A DNA stretch of 64,000 nt from Octopus vulgaris (taxonomy: Eukaryota). The notes under the pieces are model-generated. The model did not search any database. It saw only the letters and a list, made by a program, of their open reading frames with translations, and was not told the DNA's origin. Positions 38,603 through 48,760 of this stretch are shown in pieces; within the stretch, counting starts at the first letter, position 1, and each line of letters begins with the position of its first letter. Both the position numbers and the translations under genes were made by a program. The DNA is taken from the NCBI GenBank assembly GCA_951406725.2, contig OX597818.1:77252001-77316000 (forward strand), given 5' to 3'.

Positions 38603-38815
38603 CAGGGTGGCCCAAAAGTTGGTTTACAGTTATTCAGCTATCTCTTTCGCATTCATATATTAACAGTTTAGATCTTAATTATAAAAAAAATATGAAACTA
38701 TTATTCTATGCTAATTTAGTTAACTGCAAAATAGAAATTTAAACGCAATGAAATTTTTTAAAAGAAATTTAAAGTGCCTATGTGATAACTGTAAACCTAC
38801 TTTTGGGCCACCCAG
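38603..38815. mobile_element. Tc1/mariner MITE
   Basis: ta-cagggtggcccaaaagttggtttacagttat ... ataactgtaaacctacttttgggccacccag-ta. Confidence 0.85.
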
Positions 38816-39603
38816 TATATATGTGTGTGTATATGTATATGTGTGTGTGTGTATATATAGATGTATGTATGTGTGAATGTTAGTGCTTGCTAAGTTGTGG
38901 CTCTTGTTAAAATGTTACTTACTGAGTCGTAGTGCTCCCGTATTTACATAGCGCTGATATGGGTGCTTTTTACATGGCACCGGCATTGGTGCTTTTTTTA
39001 TGTGACACAGGCACGGGCGCTTTAAATAGGACAAGCATGGGTGCTTTTACATGACACCAAGACCCACAAGCCAACAAGGCAAGGGTCTCTTGGCTGAAAG
39101 AGGGATGAAAAGCATATGTCTGTATGCATGAGTAGCCATGATTTTACTTAGCTTGACATGTCTTCTCAAGCACAGCAGACTGCCAGAGGTCTTGGTCACG
39201 TGTCATCTTCTCTGTGAGGATGAATGTCTTGAGATCTTTTTTCACCATTTCGTCTCACATCTTCCTGGGTCTACCCCTCCCACATGCTCACTCCACAATT
39301 AGAAATCAGCACTTTTTGACTTTGCCATGATTGCATGAGTCAGATGAATTCACTGAGGTTGATTTTCTATGACTGGATCCTCTTCCTGTCACTTGTTTCC
39401 AAGTAAGATAATATAAGGTGCCATGCAGTGGAACTGAACCTGAAATCACATGGTTGCAAAGTGATATTCTTAATCACACTGCCCATGCTGGCACTCTAAA
39501 ATTTGAAAATATAATTGATTTAATTATGTGTACCTGTCAAACATATATGATTGTCAAAGTAATAATATTGTTAATTAAGAATGTTTTATCAAACTTTACT
39601 TAC

Positions 39604-39770
39604 TGTGAATCATAAATAGAAAGGCAAAAATACCCATGGCTCCAATAATTATTCCAGGAGCAACGAAAGACCATCCCCAATTTGTTTCAACAAATTCTCC
39701 AGCTATAACAGAACCAAGAATGTTTCCTACTGATGTATGAGAATTCCATATTCCCATTATCAATCCACGG
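39604..39770 (-). CDS. SLC37A2: SLC37 exon (RGLIMGIWNSHTSVGNILGSVIAGEFVETNWGWSFVAPGIIIGAMGIFAFLFMIH)
   Basis: tttcAG / GTaagt, 167 nt, phase 2 to 1. WNSHTSVGNILG is diagnostic of SLC37A1/2. Confidence 0.96.
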
Positions 39771-39869
39771 CTGAAATTAAAAACAAAAACAGAAATTACA
39801 CATTTGATAATAAATTAGTTATGATCTTTATGAATCTCCATTAAAGAAGTACAGTAGTTCTCAACCTTG

Positions 39870-40240
39870 TGTAGTTCAGTAGTTTTTTTACAATCATAAT
39901 GTGAAATGGCAGCAACATATGACAAATGAATGCCTTTACAAAGACCAGTTGAAGGAATCCGAGGTAGATGCAGACCCAGCCAAAAGTTAGTGAGAAAAAT
40001 CAAGCAAAGAGGGCTGCAACTATCTGGTGACTGCATGCACCACTCTAAACTGGAAGTATCCAAATTAGTCTTCTGGAACCCACTTCATGTTGATGTAAGA
40101 AAAGGAAAACATCATCACACTTACATTGACAACCTGACCACAGACATTGGCTTGGGATGTATCCAGGACCATGACGCAGTGATGTTGGACCAAGAGGTGT
40201 GACAGGGAAACTTTGTTGCTGTGGCCCAGGGTGGAACACA
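39870..40240 (+). mobile_element. Decayed LINE ORF2 C-terminal fragment (RTE/RTEX-like)
   Basis: ORF 39930..40202 RGLQLSGDCMHH..SKLVFWNP...RKGK..TYIDNL resembles RRLxLAGHCxRH..LVLWxP..GR..TYID. Confidence 0.6.
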
Positions 40241-40399
40241 GCCATAAAAAAAGGAAAAAATGTACAGAGTGACATTGAGCAAGGCTCTTCATTTCACACT
40301 GCTCCAGTCTATTCAGTTAAAAATTAACACCAGGCTAATGCTGATGTCAAATGTAAGTAAAGCCCTGGTAGGATGATATCTAGCAGGAGATGGACAGCT

Positions 40400-41000
40400 A
40401 TAAGGTAGGAGGCTGTGGTCTGATGTGTGCACACCCACAGTTCTTTGTTGGAAATGAGATGGTACCAACTAATGTCCTTGATAGTTCTCAGGGCTCAGCT
40501 ATTGAAGTTGGCAATCCTTTTTGCCAAGGTCATCGAGAGAGGCCACATATCTGCTCCATAGAGGAGAATGGAGAGTGTCAATGCATTGTAGATGCAGCTG
40601 AACATGACTGGGGAAGATCTCCAGAGGCTTGATGTCATCTTGGAGGATGGAGAGGGTCTAGCATTGGACCACCAGCAACGGAGAGCACTGGTAGACCTGG
40701 TCAGCTCTATGCATGATGATGTCTCTGGGATCACCTCAGCCCCATCAAGCAAGAGCATGAAGCAAACAAAAGCAAAGTAATATTGATGCGCTCCTCTTTC
40801 TCTCCTCCCTCCACCCTGACTGTCATGTCCTAGATGTGCCTGTGGATCAAAGAGTGTGAGAATGAAAAAGTACCTATGACAGCTTGTGATTGTATATGCA
40901 CCTAAAACAAAAGCATGGTATATTTTGTCAAGCCTCATCATTCATTGATGATGGCTGGCTCTTTTACTTGAGGTGAAAAGATGGGTTGGAAATGAATTGT
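40400..41000 (-). mobile_element. Decayed LINE RT fragment
   Basis: IYNALTLSILLYGADMWPLS..KRIANF matches the LLYGxETW motif of RTE-like ORF2. Confidence 0.6.
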
Positions 41001-43064
41001 AAAGTGTCACAGTTCTGGGTGAGAAGAACTGGATGAATGGTTTAGTACAAGATCTAAACTATATGAAGAAAGTGGAAAGAGCACTCAAATTTTCTACTAT
41101 TATTTTTTTTTTTTTTTACTTTTCTGCTTTAACTTGGGTCTGGGGGAAGAAACTGCTCATGGTTTTTTCAGGCCCTCCTAGATTGATGCTATTAATGTTT
41201 AAAGTGTTCTCTGAAAGAGAAAGCAAAAATCAACCAAATGCTCCCAACATCAATGCAAACACTTGAATCATTATCATCATCATTTAGTATCCGTCTTCCA
41301 TGCTAGCATGGGTTGAACGGTTCAACTGGGGTCTGGGAAGCCAGAAGGCTGCACCAGGTCCAGTCTGATCTGGCAATGTTTCTATGGCTGGATGCCCTTC
41401 CTAACGCCAAACACTCCCTGAGTGTAGTGGGTGCTTTTTACGTGCCACCGGCACAGGTGCCAGAGGAGGCTGGCAAACGGCCACGATCAGATGGTGCTTT
41501 TTATGTGCCACCAGCATGGAGGCCAGGCGAGGCTGGCAATGGCCACGATCGGATGGTGCATTTTACGTACCACCGGCACAGAGGCCAGTCAGGGCGGTGC
41601 TGGCAACGGCCATGTTCGGATAGTTCTCTTACGTGCCAACGTAACTAGTATCACAGCTACAATTTTCATTGATGTTGATCGATTTCGATTTTCACTGACA
41701 GTTTAACAGGGACTGATGAGTTGGATGACAGCATTATGCCATTCCTGTTACTAACCACTTTGCAGAGTGTAATGGGTATTTTTTTTTGTGGCATCAGCAC
41801 TAGTGATGACTGCCTTATTATATGTAAGGTTAAGGGCCTAAAGTAGTCCCAAAGCAGAGAGGGAGAATAGAAGAGGGAATGTGCAATGATTCTAGGCAGA
41901 GGAATGAAGGAAAGTAAGAAACAGAAGAGGATGAGGAAAAGAGGGGAGAGGGAAGAAATTAGCAAGTCAGTTGAGAAAAAGGGAGGGATAGACTTGAATA
42001 TCAATAACTATTTAAACCATGGCACATACAAATAATAAGAGACAAATAGATATTGATCCAAACATTTGCCAACATCTAGATTGTCATTGATTAACTCCAG
42101 AGTATCAAAAATAGGGAAATTGTGCATTAAATGATGAGAACACTGCACCAAGTGCATCACCCTAGATATGCAGATATGAGACATCAATTTGGACTGTCTT
42201 TATTATTTAATCATTGTTCTAGCAGTAATCATCATGTCTTTAAGTCAGATTGTCAGACATATTCAAATTATATCATGCAATCTTCATGTTGAAGATGATA
42301 GGGTGTTTTTGAACATTTGGCTGTTACTCTGAGTAAGCTTAGCAATTATATAAAAACTCAAACTCATGGTGAATATCTCATGGTGTCAAAAGCCAATATG
42401 AGAATTTCTCTCATGGTAACTACTGCAGTATATTTGGTTCTAACAGAACATCCACATTTAAGTAGGGATAAATATTACCTCAAACTAAGGGGTTTTGCTC
42501 ATTTTACATTCATTTTTCTATGCTAGCATGGGTTAGACAAATATATAAATAGGCAAAGTTTTATAGCCCTTCTTGTTTTCCAAGTAAGGGATCTTTTATT
42601 CTGCACATCTCTGAAGTGTGTATGATAATTTTTTGACAGCTGAAATGACAACAGTGTCACTGCTTGTAGCTTGTGCATTCAAAGAACATGTAAACATCTC
42701 TCTCTCTCTCTTTCACACACACACATGTATACATATGAACACAAGCTTCTTTCAGTTACTCTCTATCAAATCCATTCTCAAAGTTTTGGGAAGCACAGGG
42801 CTATGGCAGAAGATTCTTGCCTAAAGTGCAGTGTAGTGGGAAGTGAACTTCTTACTTGTATAAGGATACTGTCATGTTTGCTTGACTTAACAGACAACTG
42901 CCAAATCTTCCTGAAATTTACACCTTACTGTGTTAAATACGAGTGTACATTGGACAACGTAGTCTTAGGCGAAAAGACATCTGGCCAGATAATAGGTCAA
43001 CTGGATCAGGGCTGATGTAGGGCTAATCAATAACTTTTTATAATTCTGTTGTCGTCGTCGTCGT

Positions 43065-43765
43065 CATCATCATCGTTTAACGTCCGTTTTCCACGCTAGC
43101 ATGGATTGGATGGTTCAACCGGCATCTAGGAAGCCAGATGCCTTTCCTAATGCCAACCAGTCCATGAGTGTAGTGGCTGCTTTTTTACGTGCCACTGGCA
43201 CAGGGGCCAGAGGAGGCTGGCAATGGCCACGATCGGTTGGTGCTTTTTATGTGTCACCGGCAGTCAGGGTGGCGCTGGCATCGGCCATGTTCAGATGGTG
43301 CTTCTTACATGCCACCGGCACGGGTATCACAACTACAATTTCCATTTGATTTTTATTTTGATGTTGATGTACTTCACTTAATAGGTCTCCTCAAGCACAG
43401 CAGATTGCCCTACAATCCAAGGTATTTTTGAATGGGCTAGGGCTGGTTATGCGAAACTGGTGTAGGATACAGCCAGGAACTCACTTTATTTGTCAGGTCT
43501 TTTCAGTCACAGCATATCTCGAGAAGTCTCGGTCTTTTGTCATTGCCTCTGTGAGGCCCAACATTTGAAGGTCATGCTTGACCAGCTCATCCAATGTCTT
43601 CCTGGGTCTACCTCTACCCCGGATTCCTTCAACTGTTTGGGAGTGGCACTTCTTCACACATCTCTCCTCATCCATCCATAGTACATGACCATACCAGTGC
43701 AAACGTCTCTCTTGCATGCCACATCTGATGCTTCTTATGTCCAACATTTCTCTGCACACTGACAT
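43065..43765 (-). mobile_element. 5'-truncated RTE-clade LINE
   Basis: ORF 43493..43765 (RRLHWYGHV...RGRPRKT) plus 3' UTR and tail, homologous to 17660-18460. Confidence 0.88.
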
Positions 43766-44351
43766 TATTTAAGCATATAAAATACAGGTTTACAAAACAG
43801 GATAAATGTTCACATTTTATACTCAAATGAAGTTACTGGTTATAATGAAATCAATAAAATAATGATTGGGATGCTAAGTATTGATATTAGTGAAGAAGGT
43901 CATATGGTAATCAAGGCAAAAAGCAAGTCTTTATCGGACACTTCTCGTTCAGCAACATTTACATAATAAAATATTGATATTAATACATCAATACATTATT
44001 AATGTTAATAATATCAATTCAGTATTGATATTAGTGATGAAGGTAGGATGGCAAGCAGGTAGAATTGTTAGCACACCAGGCAAAATGCTTAGCGGTATTT
44101 CATCTGTCTTTAACATTCAAATTCTGCTGAGGTTGATTTTGCCATTCATCCTTTTGGGGGTTGATAAAATAAGTACCAGTTGAACACTGAGGTCGATGTA
44201 ATTGACTAACCCCAACCCCTGAAATTGCTGGCGTTGTGTCAAAATCTGAAACTGATGTTAGTAATGAAAGTCTTATGATAGTCAAGGTAGAAACAAGTTG
44301 CTGTTGGGCTCTTATTAACATGATTTATGAAAGATTTTTGATTCTACTTAC

Positions 44352-44428
44352 TTCCCTTTACCAAACCAATTCCCCATGTAAGTCACAACACTGGGCCATC
44401 CTGATGCTTGAAATAAACCACAGAATAT
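44352..44428 (-). CDS. SLC37A2: SLC37 exon (IFCGLFQASGWPSVVTYMGNWFGKG)
   Basis: ttttAG / GTaagt, 77 nt, phase 0 to 2. GWPSVV...GNWFGKG is the GlpT/OPA family signature. Confidence 0.95.
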
Positions 44429-44576
44429 CTAAAAAGTGAGAGAAAAGTTATTAGTAAGAAATTATAATTTTATTATATGAAATGGTACTTAAGTTTTTAA
44501 AATTATTTTGCTACCTATCTTCTAAAACTATATACAGTGTTTGTTGAAATCCACAGATATATACCAAGTACACACA

Positions 44577-44786
44577 CAGAGTAGGCCAAAAGTCATGCAC
44601 CAAGTAAGTTTAATATGCTCTGGAATTGTCAAAGACATGCTTCAATTTTTCTAAAATTGAAGAAAATAAATAAATGAAATAATGATGAATACACATTTAC
44701 TTGCACATGACGAACAAAATGAATGATAATAACATAATATAAATAAAATGCCAAATGTTTTGGTGCATGACTTTTGGCTCACCCTG
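44577..44786. mobile_element. Tc1/mariner MITE
   Basis: TIRs cagagtaggccaaaagtcatgcaccaa / ttggtgcatgacttttggctcaccctg. Confidence 0.8.
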
Positions 44787-45604
44787 TATGTATGTATGTG
44801 TATATATATATAACGATGATGATGATGATATGTGTGTGTGTGTGTGTATGTATATATATATATATATAGTTCTTTTTTTCTTTTTTTTTTACTTGTTTCA
44901 GTCAGACTGCTGCCATGCTGGGGCACTGCCATGAAGAATTTTTAGTTGAATAAATCGACCCCAGTCTTGATTTATTTTTTTTTAAGCCTGGCACTTATTC
45001 AATCACTCTCTTTTGCTGAACTGCTAAGTTATGGGGATGTAAACACATCAGCACTGGTTGTCAAGCGGTGGTGAGGGACAACACAGACACAAAGACACAC
45101 ACATATACGATAGGTTTCTTTCCAGTTTCTATCTACTGAAACCACCCACAAGTATTGGTTGGCTCAAGGCTATAGTAGAAGACACCTGCCCAAGGTGTCA
45201 TGCAGTGGATCTGAACCTGGAACCATGTAGTTGGGAAGCAAGCTTCTTACTAGACAGCAGCCACGCCTGTGCATATATATATATATATATCTATATAGGT
45301 AATGCAATAAAAATGGTAAATAATTTTCCTGTGGTTTTTCATGTAACCAACAATTATTTACCGGTAAATTTCGGTATGTAAATACGACAAATTAATTGTC
45401 AGGACCTTTGTAAGGTTCAGTATATAGTAAAGAAAACAAGTTGGCTAGCAGCAAGCTGTTTCGCCTCATACCGAAGGAATTAGAAATGGCAGTCAAAGAC
45501 CGTTTTTTCCATTTCTATAAGTGGAGATTCCAAAACGAAGGCCCTTGCGGCTCACATACACAAAACCGGAGTGGCAAATATACGAATTCAGTCACTTACC
45601 GTTA

Positions 45605-45674
45605 ATAGCGAACACCGTGTTTCTGGATCACAAACATATAAAAAAGGGAGTTTGAATTCCGTCATCAGCGCTAT
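45605..45674 (-). ncRNA. Type I hammerhead ribozyme, intact core, sense to host pre-mRNA
   Basis: atagcg-CTGATGA-cggaattcaaac...gtttgtgatcca-GAAA-cacggtg-TT-cgctat. Confidence 0.8.
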
Positions 45675-46508
45675 ATTCGATAGCTTTATCAAATGCCACC
45701 AGCCCTCACTTCTGACCCAGCGACATCAGATAGTGGGGGGAAGTGCGCAGATGTTAAAACCAAGTAACGACTGGGAACGTAAATTTTCCCTCCAAAATTC
45801 TGCCATGCGCGCCTTCTGGGTAATCGTAATGGAATGAGGAATCCACATGGTAATGCAATAAAAATGGTAAATAATTTTCCTGTGGTTTTTCATGTAACCA
45901 ACAATTATTTACCGGTAAATTTCGGTATGTAAATACAACAAATTAATTGTCAGGACCTTTGTAAGGTTCAGTATATAGTAAAGAAAACAAGTTGGCTAGC
46001 AGCAAGCTGTTTCACCTCATACCGAAGGAATTAGAAATGGCAGTCAAAGACCGTTTTTTCCATTTCTATAAGTGGAGATTCCAAAAACGAAGGCCCTTGC
46101 GGCTCACATACACAAAACCGGAGTGGCAAATATACGAATTCAGTCACTTCTAATTCCTTCGGTATGAGGCGAAACAGCTTGCTGCTAGCCAACTTGTTTT
46201 CTTTACTATATACTGAACCTTACAAAGGTCCTGACAATTAATTTGTTGTATTTACATACCGAAATTTACCGGTAAATAATTGTTGGTTACATGAAAAACC
46301 ACAGGAAAATTATTTACCATTTTTATTGCATTACCATGTGGATTCCTCATTCCATTACGATTACCCAGAAGGCGCGCATGGCAGAATTTTGGAGGGAAAA
46401 TTTACGTTCCCAGTCGTTACTTGGTTTTAACATCTGCGCACTTCCCCCACTATCTGATGTCGCTGGGTCAGAAGTGAGGGCTGGTGGCATTTGATAAAGC
46501 TATCGAAT

Positions 46509-46579
46509 ATAGCGCTGATGACGGAATTCAAACTCCCTTTTTTTATATGTTTGTGATCCAGAAACACGGTGTTCGCTAT
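46509..46579 (+). ncRNA. Type I hammerhead ribozyme, intact core (inverted copy)
   Basis: Stem I atagcg/cgctat, CTGATGA 46515-46521, GAAA 46561-46564, stem III acac-g-gtgt, GUU triplet. Confidence 0.8.
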
Positions 46580-46766
46580 TAACGGTAAGTGACTGAATTC
46601 GTATATTTGCCACTCCGGTTTTGTGTATGTGAGCCGCAAGGGCCTTCGTTTTTGGAATCTCCACTTATAGAAATGGAAAAAACGGTCTTTGACTGCCATT
46701 TCTAATTCCTTCGGTATGAGGCGAAACAGCTTGCTGCTAGCCAACTTGTTTTCTTTACTATATATC

Positions 46767-46797
<31 letters not shown>

Positions 46798-48624
46798 GTG
46801 TGTGTGTGTGTAAAAAAATACAAACTGGGACAAGAACGCAAAACATTTAGAAGACGATACAAAAAACGGACGGGACATTCAAAGCCTTCAATCTTCAGTC
46901 AAGAACCGGATCATCCTCGCAATTTCAGCTGATTAATCTTGAGATTGCTCCAATCTATATCATCATCATCATTATCGTTTAACATCCGTTTTCCATGCTA
47001 GCATGGGTTGGACAGTTCAACTGGGGTTTGGGAAGCCAGGAGCCTGCGCCAGGCTCCAGTCTGATCTGGCAGTGTTTCTACAGGTGGATGCCCTTCCTAA
47101 CGCCAACCACTTCGTGAGTGTAGTGGGTGCTTTTTACATGCTACCGGCACAAGGGCCAGGGGAGGCTGGCAAACGGCCATGATTGGTTGGTGCTTTACAC
47201 ACACATATATCAAGGGAGAGGAAGAGATGGGATAAGATAGATGTTTGTGGATATATCAACATCATTTAATATCCATGTTGCATGTTGGTGCGGGTTGAAC
47301 AGTTGTATTATGCTCCAGTGACTGTTTAGGCATGGATTCTGTGGCTGGATGCCCTTCCTAACACCAACCGCTTTACAACATGTGTTGGGTGCTTTTTTCG
47401 TGACACCATCACAAGTGAGGCAATCATGCAGTTTGAAAGACTATGAACCCCAAGTGGATATCTTTATGCTAGGAGATGAGGAATGAAAGATGGGTAAAGT
47501 ATGAGAGAAGAAGGCATGGCTATGTAGTTAAAAAGTTTGCTTCACAAGAATATGGTTTCAATATCAATCACATGCTGTGACAATGTCTTGTGTAAGATTC
47601 TTCTACCACAGCCTTGGACTGACCAATATAGATACTGTGGAATGCCACTGGAAGGACTGTTCTTGTTCCTGGGTGGCACCAATAGTCCATCCTCTTAATG
47701 TTACCATTTGGCCCTTGGATACCTTAAGAAGAATCCATTCTGTTGCAAGCATTCAAGCCAGACATCTGATATGAAGTCCCAACAGTATCAGAAGTCCAGT
47801 AAAGTCCTTCCTCTGGGTAAACCAGAAAAAAAAAAGAAAGAAAAAAAGAAAAGAATAATGTTTGTGATAATAGGTACAGGCATGGCTTTGTGATTAAGAA
47901 GCTTGCTTCCCAGTCATGTGGTTTGAGGTTCAGTCCCACTGTGTGACACATTGGGCAAGTGCCTTCTGTTATAGCCCTGGACTAACCAAAGCCTTGTGAG
48001 TGGATTTGGTTGATAGAAACTGAAAGACGTTCATTGTATACACATGTACGTATATGTGTGATGTGTGTGAACATCCAGATGCTTTGTCTTGACACTGCAT
48101 GATGGCTTACATTACATTTACAATTTTTCATGAGAAACATGTCAGGCTATTGGGAAGTGTTAACTAGTTTGGAAACAGGTGAAGTTGGTGAAAGGAAGAG
48201 CATCTGGTTGAATTCTTTATGACTCATGCAAGCATGAAAAAGTGAATGTTAAAACAATGATGATGATGATGAGCAGGAGGAGAATGATATAAGAATGTCT
48301 CTCCTAATATAAACTACCCAAAGTGCATCTAGTTTAAGAGTACAATGGCAAAGTCACTAATGAAAATGAAAACCTTTCAGGTTTTAGTTAATAATACCTT
48401 ATCCATAAAGCTTTAATGTTAACTGTAGAAGAATGAAAAGTAAATTTCACTCAAGCAAGAGATAAATAGAGATCTGTAACAAACTACTAGAATAGTTTTA
48501 TCCACCCACCACCTTACCTATTTCCTGTGCCTTTAATCTTGTGTAATGTTAAGTATATTCCTGAGATATTTACCATGAACTTGGCTCCTGCTCAAAGAAA
48601 GAGGAAACATAACTGAAGACCTAC

Positions 48625-48760
48625 CTGAACAAAAATATAGTAAGTTAAAGAATGGATGTTGAAGAAATAACCAAATCCAAAGGCAGCTGTTAAAATACCA
48701 CTGAGTAGCATACCACAGGATAGAAAGTACCGAAGATTGACACGTTCAGCAACATGACCA
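48625..48760 (-). CDS. SLC37A2: SLC37 exon (GHVAERVNLRYFLSCGMLLSGILTAAFGFGYFFNIHSLTYYIFVQ)
   Basis: ttccAG / GTaggt, 136 nt, phase 2 to 0. Lies within ORF 48592..48789 and carries the MFS motif-A-like GxxxER. Confidence 0.95.

Larger units (their letters stand above)
45298..46764. mobile_element. Non-coding 551-bp tandem unit with hammerhead (retrozyme / non-autonomous PLE-like): ~1.55 copies, then ~1.1 inverted copies
   Basis: The unit restarts at 45298 and 45849, and the inversion junction is at 46148-46149. Flanked by (TA)n on both sides; copies near-identical and CpG-rich. Confidence 0.85.

Noticed and set aside
46155-46192. Second hammerhead-like string ggtATGAggcGAAAcagcttgctg in the 551-bp unit
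   Set aside because: It lacks the CUGA core start, has no U after stem III and has no stem I.
45571-46744. ORFs 45571..45837, 46291..46494 and 46427..46744 as proteins of the 551-bp unit
   Set aside because: Homopolymer indels between near-identical copies change the frames, and there is no recognisable domain.
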